Shown: positions 1 to 7,839, counted from the stretch's first letter. The stretch is DNA of 32,000 nt from an uncultured Chloroflexia bacterium (GCA_963704755.1 OY969938.1:2160001-2192000); one strand, 5' to 3'. The notes: a model not told the origin generated them from the sequence alone. Program-made: numbers and translations.

Positions 1-90
1 CAATGAGCCGGCTGTTCTTGATTATATCCAATAAGTGCTTTCTCGCAGAAATATGGATGTTTTTCGACACCCTTCCTGAATCGAAAGGTA

Positions 91-133
91 GGGATATGGG
101 ATGGCGCGGCGAAGCCGCGCCATCCCATATCCC
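91..133. repeat. Long perfect hairpin (20-bp stem, GAA loop) with GCGAAGC apex
   Basis: gggatatgggatggcgcggc-gaa-gccgcgccatcccatatccc. The arms are exact reverse complements and the apex heptamer GCGAAGC lies at 109-115. Same architecture as the hairpins at 9619, 22657 and 27974. Confidence 0.9.
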
Positions 134-182
134 CCATATTTCTTCAAGTGAAGGCGTTTTTCAACACCCTGTTCTTTTTTAC

Positions 183-218
183 TTGATTAGTTCAATCGAA
201 CCGGGGTAGAATCGATTC
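183..218 (+). promoter_or_regulatory. Candidate sigma70-type promoter with overlapping palindrome (possible Fur-type operator)
   Basis: TTGATT (183-188), 18-nt spacer, TAGAAT (207-212), ~50 nt upstream of the Fur-family ATG. The perfect palindrome GAATCGATTC (209-218) overlaps the -10, and AATCGA is also present at 194-199. Confidence 0.35.
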
Positions 219-260
219 ACTTGCCAATCAGGGCAACGTTTTGCGTGAAGGACAGGAACC

Positions 261-677
261 ATGAGGGCCTCATCGGTCACCAGCGCAATCAAAGAATTGC
301 TGGATCAAAACGGACCTACCCACTACTCGGCGGGTGAAATATACGAACGCATCCGCGACCGGCTTCCGGCTGTGAATCAGTCTACGGTATACCGTGCCCT
401 GGAGCGAATGGCAAAGGCAGGAGAAATTTCGGTATCCGATATGGGGACCGGATCAGCCGTGTATGAAGGGTTGGCCAACGGCATCCACCATCACCTGGTT
501 TGCCAGGTGTGTGGGCGGGTGATGACCATTGGCCACGAAGAAGTCGATACGTTTTTTTCTGCGGTGGAGCAGCGTCATAGCTTTCACGTCCTCACCAACC
601 ACCTGGTTCTTTTTGGGGTCTGTTCGAGCTGTCTGGCAGAAAACGGCCAAACCATCGACGAGGATGAATCCGAATAA
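261..677 (+). CDS. Fur-family metalloregulator (Fur/Zur/PerR type)
   Basis: 138 aa. Winged-helix segment STVYRALERMAKAGEI, His-rich HHHLVCQVCG (CxxC) and C-terminal CSSC (CxxC) are typical of Fur-family metal sites. Confidence 0.9.
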   Translation: MRASSVTSAIKELLDQNGPTHYSAGEIYERIRDRLPAVNQSTVYRALERMAKAGEISVSDMGTGSAVYEGLANGIHHHLVCQVCGRVMTIGHEEVDTFFSAVEQRHSFHVLTNHLVLFGVCSSCLAENGQTIDEDESE

Positions 678-680
678 AGG

Positions 681-707
681 TTTTGTTGCAATGCAGTTGC
701 AACAAAA
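681..707 (+). terminator. Hairpin immediately after the Fur-family stop codon (weak terminator candidate)
   Basis: ttttgttgcaa-tgcag-ttgcaacaaaa forms an 11-bp perfect stem starting 4 nt after TAA (675-677). No U-tract follows on the + strand, so terminator function is uncertain. Confidence 0.3.
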
Positions 708-815
708 AATGCAGATCGCAAGCCCTTTCTATTCGGCCTATAACCAGCGGATCTCTTCTGATTTCCCGGGTCTTCGACCACGGCGGTCATAATATTGGGA
801 GGATAGCAACATATA

Positions 816-1358
816 ATGGAGAGGCTCACGTTGATCCAACTCTCACCCGATTGGCGGCTGGCCTTGCTGGACATGGCCAGAGATTACCAGGCAGCCGGTG
901 AAGAGCGCTGCCAGTCTATCCTGGCCATGAACGACGAAGTTTTTTTCGCCTACCTGCGCGGCCTGGAAGACGAATTTAAAGAAGAAAATTTACCAGTCGA
1001 CATCGCTCCTCAAACCACTTACTGGCTGACCAGGGATGACCTGCTGGTTGGCTACGTGAACATCCGCCACCGGCTGACTCCGGCGCTGGAACAAGAAGGC
1101 GGCAACATCAACTACACTATACGCCCGTCCGAACGCGGCAAGGGTTATGGCAAGCAGCTATTAGCCCTGGCCATCCAACAGGCCGCCAGCCTGGGCCTGG
1201 AAACGGCCCTGGTCACCTGCGAAGAAGATAATCCTTCGGCAATCAGCGTGATCGAAGGCAACGGCGGTGAATTAATCGATACGGCCCCATCCAGGAAAAG
1301 CGGGAAAAACATCCGCCGTTATCGAATTTCCATCAATCCCTCAGCCAAGGGCGAGTAA
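816..1358 (+). CDS. GNAT-family N-acetyltransferase
   Basis: 180 aa. The acetyl-CoA-binding segment RGKGYGKQLLALAIQQAASLG is followed by a GNAT-like C-terminal segment. RBS-like gggagga at 797-803. Confidence 0.85.
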   Translation: MERLTLIQLSPDWRLALLDMARDYQAAGEERCQSILAMNDEVFFAYLRGLEDEFKEENLPVDIAPQTTYWLTRDDLLVGYVNIRHRLTPALEQEGGNINYTIRPSERGKGYGKQLLALAIQQAASLGLETALVTCEEDNPSAISVIEGNGGELIDTAPSRKSGKNIRRYRISINPSAKGE

Positions 1359-2350
1359 GCCGGCAGGTTTTCCCAGCCGGCCGCGTACCAGCGCAGGTAG
1401 GTTTGAACGTTGCTGCTCCAATATTCCGCGTCGTGCTCCCCGGGCAGGAGATGAAATTCGTGCGCAACGTTTAGTTTGGTCAACAGCGCATCGTATTCAC
1501 CGGCATTCTTCTTGGTCGGGTCCCGGTCGCCCACGTCGATCCAGATGCGCGGGCGCTCGTCCAGGGGTATATCCGCCAACCAGCGCGATGTGCTGGTATC
1601 GGTGCCATAAAAGGTCGGCAGCGAGTGGGCGCCGATCTCCCCGAAAAGCTGCCAGTGGGTAAGCCCCAGGTAAACCGCCCACGAGGCTCCGCGCGAAAGC
1701 CCACCCACTGCCCGGCATTGGCGCAACGAGCAGGTTGGAAAGGTCCTATCCACCAAAGGGATCACGCTATCGATCAAAGCTTCTTCATAGCCCGAGGTAA
1801 ACGGGTTGCCGGCTGAATTATTTTCCAGCGGCATCACGACCATAAACGGCTTGACCTCGCCGTGGGAGATCAGGTAGTCGGCCCAATCGGGAACGCCTAA
1901 ATCGACCCACTGGTCCTGGGTGAATAATTGCCCGTGCAGCAGGTACAATACCGGGTATCGCACTGCGCCATCCGCCTGAAAACAGGGCGGCAGGTATACG
2001 TTGAACTCGAGCGGCTTCTTCAGGTATTGTGTGTCGATCTTGTAAGCAACCACGTGGCCGTGTTTTTCCGTACAGGTCGTGCCAGGTGTGCTGCCGGAAG
2101 GCGCCGTCGCGGTTGCCGCCGGCAGCGGTGTGTTCGTACTCGTTGGCAGCCAGGTAGCGCTGGCCGCCGGGCCGGGTGTAGGGGCGGATGGCGGGGTCGC
2201 AGCGGTCGCCGGTTGAGACTCGGCTGTGACGTTTTTTGCCAGGCAGCCGCTTTGAATTGTCAATAAAATTGCGATACTTAAGAGGAAAAAGGTATGATGC
2301 GCTTGTACACGCCTGGGGTGTGCACAAGGGATTCCTTGACGGGTGTGCAT
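1319..2350 (-). CDS. Putative esterase-family alpha/beta hydrolase, probable lipoprotein
   Basis: The start was trimmed to the ATG at 2350 because the longer track ORF runs through the tRNA gene. N-terminal FFLLSIAILLTIQSGC resembles a lipobox, followed by a Thr/Pro/Ala-rich linker. YPVLYLLHG and GGLSRGA (GxSxG) resemble the putative-esterase/enterochelin-esterase-like fold. Confidence 0.8.
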   Translation of the reverse strand: MHTRQGIPCAHPRRVQAHHTFFLLSIAILLTIQSGCLAKNVTAESQPATAATPPSAPTPGPAASATWLPTSTNTPLPAATATAPSGSTPGTTCTEKHGHVVAYKIDTQYLKKPLEFNVYLPPCFQADGAVRYPVLYLLHGQLFTQDQWVDLGVPDWADYLISHGEVKPFMVVMPLENNSAGNPFTSGYEEALIDSVIPLVDRTFPTCSLRQCRAVGGLSRGASWAVYLGLTHWQLFGEIGAHSLPTFYGTDTSTSRWLADIPLDERPRIWIDVGDRDPTKKNAGEYDALLTKLNVAHEFHLLPGEHDAEYWSSNVQTYLRWYAAGWENLPAYSPLAEGLMEIR

Positions 2351-2373
2351 GGTCGGATTATACTCGATCCCGC

Positions 2374-2449
2374 CGGGGTGTAGCGCAGTTGGCAGCGCAC
2401 CGCGTTTGGGACGCGGGGGTCGGCGGTTCAAGTCCGCCCACCCCGACCA
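2374..2449 (+). tRNA. tRNA-Pro (anticodon TGG), CCA encoded
   Basis: Manual cloverleaf: acceptor cggggtg/caccccg, D arm gcgc-agttggca-gcgc, anticodon arm ccgcg-ttTGGga-cgcgg, variable loop gggtc, T arm ggcgg-ttcaagt-ccgcc, discriminator a, then cca. Total 76 nt. Confidence 0.93.
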
Positions 2450-2458
2450 CACGGGAAC

Positions 2459-2492
2459 TGACCGCCGAGTACCCTCGGCGGTCATCCTTTTT
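2459..2492 (+). terminator. Rho-independent terminator after tRNA-Pro
   Basis: 11-bp stem tgaccgccgag/ctcggcggtca with loop tacc, followed by tccttttt. Confidence 0.75.
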
Positions 2493-2523
2493 ATATAGCG
2501 CACTACGGTAAGGGGCAGTATTC

Positions 2524-2859
2524 ATGAAACAGTTATCCCAAACCAGTGACACAAATTCACTGCCGAAAAATTACGATGTCGTCATCGAGGCAGTTCGGCG
2601 TTCGGAAGATGGGCATATCCTGGTCGCTCGGATTTACGCCCGGCGCGGGCCCACCTGGTCCGACCGGCTTTTAGTCTCTCGCGACGAACTGATCCGCCGG
2701 ATCCGTTCTGGCAAAAAGGTCGTCATTGGCGAACGCAAAGAGTTTATGGCCAGCACCTTTGCCATCAAATCGGCTGTTCGACTGGATGGGCCCAATCTGG
2801 TTTCCAGCGGCCAGGGGGGCGACATCAGCCAGGAACTCAACCCGGCACCGCTATTTTGA
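2524..2859 (+). CDS. Small hypothetical protein (possibly DUF3892-like)
   Basis: 111-aa ORF with an ATG start and non-repetitive composition. The family resemblance is a weak recollection only. Confidence 0.55.
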   Translation: MKQLSQTSDTNSLPKNYDVVIEAVRRSEDGHILVARIYARRGPTWSDRLLVSRDELIRRIRSGKKVVIGERKEFMASTFAIKSAVRLDGPNLVSSGQGGDISQELNPAPLF

Positions 2860-2904
2860 TCTGCTTTTCCAGCCGGTATTTGCCCCGGCACCGATAGGAT
2901 TTTC

Positions 2905-3645
2905 GTGGACCGACCCCTGCTTTCCATCCTCATCCCTGCCTACAACGAAGAACAGCGCCTTCCGGGGACGCTGGAAAAGATTGTACAATTCCTTTCCGGA
3001 CAGTCTTATACCTATGAAGTCCTCATTATTGAAAATGGCAGCAGTGACGGTACCCTGGCTTTAGCCCAGGCGCAGGCCCAGCGTTATTCCTTTATAAAGG
3101 CGTTTCATATCGAGGGACGCGGCAAGGGTCTGGCCGTTCAACAGGGGATGCTGGCAGCCAGCGGGCAGTACCGCTTCATTTGCGACGCCGACCTTTCGAT
3201 GCCGATCGAGGAAGTCAACCGCTTCCTCCCGCCGCTGCTGCCCCAATCCGACGTGGTGATCGCCTCGCGTGAAGCCCGCGGTGCACAGCGCATCAATGAA
3301 CCGGCTTACCGCCATTTCACCGGCCGGCTGTTCAACTGGGTGGTCCAGTTGATCGCCCTGCCGGGCTTAAGCGATACCCAATGCGGCTTCAAATGTTTCC
3401 GGGCTGAAGTCGCCGAAGAAATTTTCCCGCTCCAAACCATCACCGGCTGGTCCTTTGATGTGGAAGTGCTCTACATTGCCCGCCGGAAGGGCTATAAAAT
3501 TCTGGAACTGCCGATTCACTGGTATTACAGTGCCGACACCAAAGTAAATATCTTAAAAGACCTGCGTAAAGTGCTGAATGACCTGTGGCAGATCCGCCAA
3601 AACGCGCGCAAGGGAGTTTACGATGCCGCGCCGCCTGCCCATTGA
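2905..3645 (+). CDS. Family 2 glycosyltransferase (dolichyl/polyprenyl-phosphate beta-glycosyltransferase-like)
   Basis: GTG start at 2905. LSILIPAYNEE, ENGSSDGT and the CDADLS (DxD-like) motif are typical of GT-A/GT2 enzymes. Confidence 0.88.
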   Translation: MDRPLLSILIPAYNEEQRLPGTLEKIVQFLSGQSYTYEVLIIENGSSDGTLALAQAQAQRYSFIKAFHIEGRGKGLAVQQGMLAASGQYRFICDADLSMPIEEVNRFLPPLLPQSDVVIASREARGAQRINEPAYRHFTGRLFNWVVQLIALPGLSDTQCGFKCFRAEVAEEIFPLQTITGWSFDVEVLYIARRKGYKILELPIHWYYSADTKVNILKDLRKVLNDLWQIRQNARKGVYDAAPPAH

Positions 3646-4276
3646 GGTTCCCCGTTACCCGGACCTGAGCCAGGAGCTGCCCCTCTGGCAGGCCGGCGAA
3701 GTGCTGGTCGCCGGCCTGGACGAAGCCGGCCGGGGCGCCTGGGCCGGGCCCGTATCCGCCGCCGCCGTGATTTTACCGGTAGACGCGCAGCTTTGCGGCC
3801 GCCTGCCGGGTGTCCGCGATTCCAAGCGAATGACCGCCCGCCAGCGCAGCCGCTGGGCCGAAGAAGTCCGCCAGGTCAGCCTGCATTGGGGGGTCGGGTT
3901 CGCCTCGGCCGAAGAGATCGACCGGATCGGCATCTTGCCATCTACCCGGCTGGCCATGCAGCGCGCGCTCGAACAATGCCACACCCAACCCCAGCATCTG
4001 CTGATCGACGCGCTGCGCCTGCCCGCGCTGGACTTGCCCCAAACCGCGCTCATTAAAGGTGACGCCCGCTCGCTCAGCATCGCGGCCGCCTCGGTACTGG
4101 CCAAAACCGCCCGGGACTCCCTCATGGTCGAAATGGACGGGCAGTTCCCCGGCTACGGCTTCGCCGCCCACAAAGGCTACGGCACCCGCCGCCACCAGGA
4201 TGCGCTCGAGCACCTGGGCCCCTGTCCGCAGCACCGCTTCAGTTATGCCCCGGTGGCGAGGGTGAGTAGCAGGTAG
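3623..4276 (+). CDS. rnhB: Ribonuclease HII
   Basis: ATG at 3623 preceded by agggag (3611-3616). It overlaps the GT2 stop by 23 nt. Motifs GLDEAGRGAWAGPV, DSKRMT, SIAAASVLAK and HKGYGT match RNase HII. Confidence 0.92.
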   Translation: MPRRLPIEVPRYPDLSQELPLWQAGEVLVAGLDEAGRGAWAGPVSAAAVILPVDAQLCGRLPGVRDSKRMTARQRSRWAEEVRQVSLHWGVGFASAEEIDRIGILPSTRLAMQRALEQCHTQPQHLLIDALRLPALDLPQTALIKGDARSLSIAAASVLAKTARDSLMVEMDGQFPGYGFAAHKGYGTRRHQDALEHLGPCPQHRFSYAPVARVSSR

Positions 4277-4298
4277 CTGTTAGCTTTTAGCGGTTAGC
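4267..4298 (+). repeat. Phase-exact TAGC heptamer array (5 units) containing the rnhB stop codon
   Basis: TAGC starts at 4267, 4274 (the rnhB TAG stop), 4281, 4288 and 4295, a spacing of exactly 7 nt. Confidence 0.9.
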
Positions 4299-4347
4299 CC
4301 CCCTTCCCCGCTTCCCCCCAAATCAAAAACCGATTCGGAGGGAAGGG
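4298..4347. repeat. ~45-nt dispersed motif (CCCCCCTTCCCNGCTTCCCCCCAAATCAAAAACCGATTNGGAGG)
   Basis: A near-identical inverted copy lies at 25279-25322. A partial copy (ccctccaaatcggtttttgatttg) lies at 30233-30256. Confidence 0.85.
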
Positions 4348-4392
4348 CCTGATTTTCAGCTTAAAATCCGAACTTTAGATTTACTCGTGTGC

Positions 4393-4470
4393 GAGCCCGA
4401 AAATTGTTGGGTTTCGCTATGCCGAAGGTGGTTGATGCAATGGGTAAATCCGCTCAACCCAACCTACGGG
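4393..4470. repeat. Degenerate remnant of the double-stem element family (right half)
   Basis: gagcccgaaaattgttgggtttcgc ... gctcaacccaacctacggg resembles the inner-right and outer-right arms of the elements at 25056, 29642 and 29937. Confidence 0.4.
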
Positions 4471-4565
4471 TAGCGGGCGATCTGACCCTTCTCTTCCCTT
4501 ATATCCTCGTTGACTGATCGACTTGTTGCCCGTTATGCCCGTCACCGGACACGCTCCTTCCCCCA

Positions 4566-5318
4566 TCATCTTTTCCGCCAGACCTGGTACAGCCCCAGGT
4601 CGCCGCTCTCACCATCCGAGGAAAACGTGTGTACGACCTGGAAGCCGGTTTCAGCGGCCAGTTCGGCCAGCTCGGCTTCGTCGAACAAGTGCACGTAGCG
4701 CAGGCCGGTTTGCTCGGGCTGGCCGGGTAAATTGTAGCGCCAGTCCAGCAGGGTATCCCCCGGTTCCAGGTCATTCTCATCCAACCCGATCCGGCTCCAG
4801 GGCTGGCGGCGCTCCATCAGGCGAGCCGAGTTCTGGAACTGCCACTCGGAATGGACGAACATGCCGCTCTCCCGCAGTAATCCGTTGACCTGGTGTAGCA
4901 CCTGCGTGCGCAGCGCGCGTCCCGGCAGATGGTGCAGCACCGCGAACGCCAGAACTGCGTCCACCGGCTGGGCGGCCGCCAGGTCAGTCCAGTCCGGGTC
5001 GGCCAGGTCAGCATGGGCAAAACGGAGGTCCACGCCGCCGGGCGTGGCCGCGTGCATGGCCCGGCGTGCTTCTGCCAGCAGCTCCTGGGAGGCGTCCAAC
5101 CCCAGGTACGAGCCGGTGATCCACAGGCGGTCCAGCTCCAGCGCCAGGGCTCCCGAGCCGCAGCCCAGATCGAGGATCCGCCCGCCGGCCGGCAGCATAG
5201 CGATGATCCGCCGCACCCCCGGCTGGATCCGTTTGCGCGTCGCTGCAAACGCCTCCCCGAAAGTCTGGTAAAATTGACGATTAAGATCAAGTAGCGTTTT
5301 AATGGTGTGTGGGTGCAT
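4566..5318 (-). CDS. Class I SAM-dependent methyltransferase
   Basis: Start trimmed to the ATG at 5318 (MHPHTIKT...), because the longer track ORF extends into the repeat arm. Motif I is ILDLGCGSGALALEL. Confidence 0.85.
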   Translation of the reverse strand: MHPHTIKTLLDLNRQFYQTFGEAFAATRKRIQPGVRRIIAMLPAGGRILDLGCGSGALALELDRLWITGSYLGLDASQELLAEARRAMHAATPGGVDLRFAHADLADPDWTDLAAAQPVDAVLAFAVLHHLPGRALRTQVLHQVNGLLRESGMFVHSEWQFQNSARLMERRQPWSRIGLDENDLEPGDTLLDWRYNLPGQPEQTGLRYVHLFDEAELAELAAETGFQVVHTFSSDGESGDLGLYQVWRKR

Positions 5319-5323
5319 GGTAT

Positions 5324-5576
5324 AAGGCAACAAGTTGAGAAGGCAAAAAGTCAATAAGTTGATGAGGCACGAAGGTATTTTATACCCTGCCATCCCTTGA
5401 GCCTAGACTTCGCAGATTTTCCCCGTCGATGGCCCCCCCTAACACCTCATCACCTTACCGACCAATTGCCTCCTTGCCTCATCGTCTTATCACCTCGTCG
5501 CCTTTGACTTATTGACTTATCCCCTTATCGCCTCGTCGCCTCATTGACTTATTGACTTATTGACTTATTGACTTCT
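5324..5576. repeat. Inverted low-complexity arms (GAGGCAA/AGTCAAT versus TTGCCTC/ATTGACT) in a divergent promoter region
   Basis: The left arm (5324-5375) reads aaggcaacaagttgagaaggcaaaaagtcaataagttgatgaggcac. The right arm (5443-5576) carries the complementary words ttgcctc, cctcgtcgcc and ttgacttattgactt. In each gene's sense the leader reads TTGCCTC/TTGACTT. Confidence 0.75.
5543..5574 (+). repeat. Perfect tandem octamer (ATTGACTT) x4
   Basis: ATTGACTT at 5543, 5551, 5559 and 5567, with two more copies at 5503-5518. It lies ~40 nt upstream of the Elp3 ATG. Confidence 0.95.
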
Positions 5577-5614
5577 TACTAATTTCTAATCTCTCTTCTC
5601 TATCTGGACTTCAC

Positions 5615-7198
5615 ATGGATAAACTCACCTGGCAGCAAGCGCGCCAGCTAACCCCCGAAAAAATTGAGCCCGCCCGCGCGGTATTGGAAGCCATCCGCGA
5701 CGGGGCGGACGTATTTAAAACGATCCGCCATTATCCCCTGCCGGGAGGGGGCTACCTGGCCAAGTCAGTGCTGGTGGCGGTGTACGACCAGCTCGTCGCC
5801 AGCGGTGAATGGTCCCCTAACGAAGATCTGCTCGGCCGCATCCGCATGAAACCGGTGCGCACCCTATCGGGCGTCACCACTGTGACCGTGCTGACCAAGC
5901 CCTACCCGTGCCCGGGCAAGTGCATCTTCTGCCCCACCGACGTGCGCATGCCCAAGAGCTACCTGCCGGACGAGCCCGGCGCGGCCCGCGCCTTTCAAAA
6001 TGACTTCGACCCGTATGCCCAGGTCGCTTCCCGCCTGGAGTCGTACAGGGCCAACGGCCACCCGATCGATAAGATCGAGCTGCTCATCCTGGGCGGCACC
6101 TGGAGTTCCTACCGCCGGGATTACCAGTCCTGGTTCATCCAGCGCTGCTTCGATGCCATGAACGGGGTCAACTCGCAAACCCTGGCCGAAGCCCAGGAAC
6201 GCAACGAGACCGCCGAGCACCGCAACGTCGGCCTGGTGATCGAGACCCGCCCGGACGAGATCGACCGGCGCGAGATCATCTGGCTGCGCACCCTGGGGGT
6301 GACCAAGGTGCAAATGGGGGCCCAATCGCTGGACGACCGTATTTTAGCTTTGAACGAGCGCGGCCACACCGCCGCTCGGACTTTACAGGCTACCGCCATG
6401 CTGCGCGCAGCCGGTTTCAAGGTGGTGCTGCACTGGATGCCCAACCTGTTAGGCGCCACGCCTGAGTCGGATCGCGAAGATTTCCTGCGCCTGTGGGAGG
6501 GCTACTGCCCGGACGAGATCAAGATTTACCCTTGCCAGTTGCTGGAGGATACCGGCTTGTACGAACACTGGCAGCGCGGGGAGTACCGCCCCTACACCAC
6601 CCAGGAGCTGGTGGACCTGATCGCCGACGTCAACCCGGGCATCCCGCCGTATTGCCGGGTCAACCGCATCATCCGCGACATCCCCTCCACGCATGTGGTC
6701 GAGGGCAACAAGCGCACCAGCCTGCGCCAGGACGTGATGGCCGAACTGGCCCGCCGCGGACAGGAATGCGGCTGCATCCGCTGCCATGAGGTCCGCGGCC
6801 AGCAAGTGGACCCGAGCGACCTGCGCCTGGAAGATTACATCTACCCGGCCGCCAGCGCCGAGGAACATTTTCTGCATTACCGCACCCCGGATGGCAAGAT
6901 TGCCGGCTTTTTACGCCTGTCACTGCCCCAACCCGGCGCTCCCGAACTGGGACTGGCCGATCTGGAAGGCGCTGCTTTGATCCGCGAAGTGCATGTGTAC
7001 GGCCAATCCCTGCACGTCGGGGCCGACCAGGCCGGGGCCGCCCAACACAGCGGCCTGGGCACACACCTGCTGGAGCGGGCCGAACAGATCGCCCAACAGG
7101 CGGGCTTCCGGCACATGGCCGTCATCGCCGCCATTGGCACCCGGCGTTATTATCAAGACCGGGGGTTCCGTAAGGGGGAACTGTACCTAATTAAGTGA
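5615..7198 (+). CDS. elp3: Bacterial Elp3 homologue: radical-SAM / GNAT tRNA U34 carboxymethyl-modification enzyme
   Basis: 527 aa. Radical-SAM cluster CPGKCIFCP, a central radical-SAM barrel (ELLILGGTWS, VGLVIETRPD), a Cys-rich CGCIRC segment, and a C-terminal GNAT part (REVHVYG ... GLGTHLLERAEQIA). Confidence 0.9.
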   Translation: MDKLTWQQARQLTPEKIEPARAVLEAIRDGADVFKTIRHYPLPGGGYLAKSVLVAVYDQLVASGEWSPNEDLLGRIRMKPVRTLSGVTTVTVLTKPYPCPGKCIFCPTDVRMPKSYLPDEPGAARAFQNDFDPYAQVASRLESYRANGHPIDKIELLILGGTWSSYRRDYQSWFIQRCFDAMNGVNSQTLAEAQERNETAEHRNVGLVIETRPDEIDRREIIWLRTLGVTKVQMGAQSLDDRILALNERGHTAARTLQATAMLRAAGFKVVLHWMPNLLGATPESDREDFLRLWEGYCPDEIKIYPCQLLEDTGLYEHWQRGEYRPYTTQELVDLIADVNPGIPPYCRVNRIIRDIPSTHVVEGNKRTSLRQDVMAELARRGQECGCIRCHEVRGQQVDPSDLRLEDYIYPAASAEEHFLHYRTPDGKIAGFLRLSLPQPGAPELGLADLEGAALIREVHVYGQSLHVGADQAGAAQHSGLGTHLLERAEQIAQQAGFRHMAVIAAIGTRRYYQDRGFRKGELYLIK

Positions 7199-7673
7199 TA
7201 CAGTGATTCGGTGATACAGTGTTTCAGTGTTGCAACAAATAGTCTCAGGGGGCGGTTTCAAGTGTCAGGTGTCAAGTGTCTGGATTTGTGATATTTCAGG
7301 CCAGCCTAAATTGGCTTCGGCTTTATTTTATGTAATCGCCGTAAACTACCCAATTTTACCAGCCCATCGTTTGTCAAGTTCCTGACAACCATGGCTTTCT
7401 TAAGAAAAGGTTTGTTACTGCGAAGGCAGCGTTTTTTGCTGCCTGTGGCAATCTCAATGCCAGTGTTGCCGAAGGCACCATGCCCTGGTGCGTAGCATGC
7501 CCCTTGATCAAGAAGCGGCCAGGGCTCGCAATGACAAAGTTCCTGGTTTTGTCAAGTGAACATGAGAAAACCATAACCTGACATCAGGCACTTGACTTGA
7601 CACTCGACACCTGACACTTGAAACCTGACACAATTCACTGAAACACCCAAACACAGTAAAACCGTATCACTGG
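7197..7673. repeat. Composite element: imperfect inverted arms of CAGTGNT/GTGTCAG heptamer-like words flanking a ~290-bp core
   Basis: The left arm (7197-7282) reads gatacagtgattcggtgatacagtgtttcagtg...tttcaagtgtcaggtgtcaagtgtc. The right arm (7577-7673) carries the reverse complements (gacacctgacacttgaaa, cactgaaacac, tatcac). The core is homologous to that of the element at 15816-16058. Confidence 0.8.
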
Positions 7674-7697
7674 TTTATACACAATTCTGATACAAAA

Positions 7698-7725
7698 TTG
7701 ACGAATTTTCGCTATGATTTAATAG
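7698..7725 (+). promoter_or_regulatory. Candidate promoter for the M50 protease gene
   Basis: TTGACG (7698-7703), 16-nt spacer, TAATAG (7720-7725). The match is weak. Confidence 0.3.
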
Positions 7726-7839
7726 GTCGTTAATTATCGAAACCTATAATAGGGTTTAGCTGGTTGAGTTGAAGACGTGACCGCACGCACACGAACGGCG
7801 GTCTGAGAGGCTCACCACTTTGGAGAAAGGATAGAGGAC

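Noticed and set aside
3-209. 68-aa + strand ORF at the window start
   Set aside because: It spans the perfect hairpin at 91-133, whose two arms give the mirror-like peptide segments. It has no RBS and no motif.
2351-2503. N-terminal 51 codons of the 394-aa track ORF (1319..2503, minus strand)
   Set aside because: This part runs antisense through the tRNA-Pro gene and its terminator. The lipoprotein-like signal begins after the internal ATG at 2350.
3655-5290. Multiple 60-157-aa ORFs overlapping rnhB and the 4566-5318 methyltransferase in other frames or strands
   Set aside because: They are Arg/Ala/Pro/Gly-rich shadow frames of two genes with clear family motifs.
7374-7574. 66-aa minus-strand ORF inside the composite element
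   Set aside because: It has no RBS or recognisable motif and lies in the extra segment bounded by direct repeats. It is kept only as a remote possibility under the element finding.
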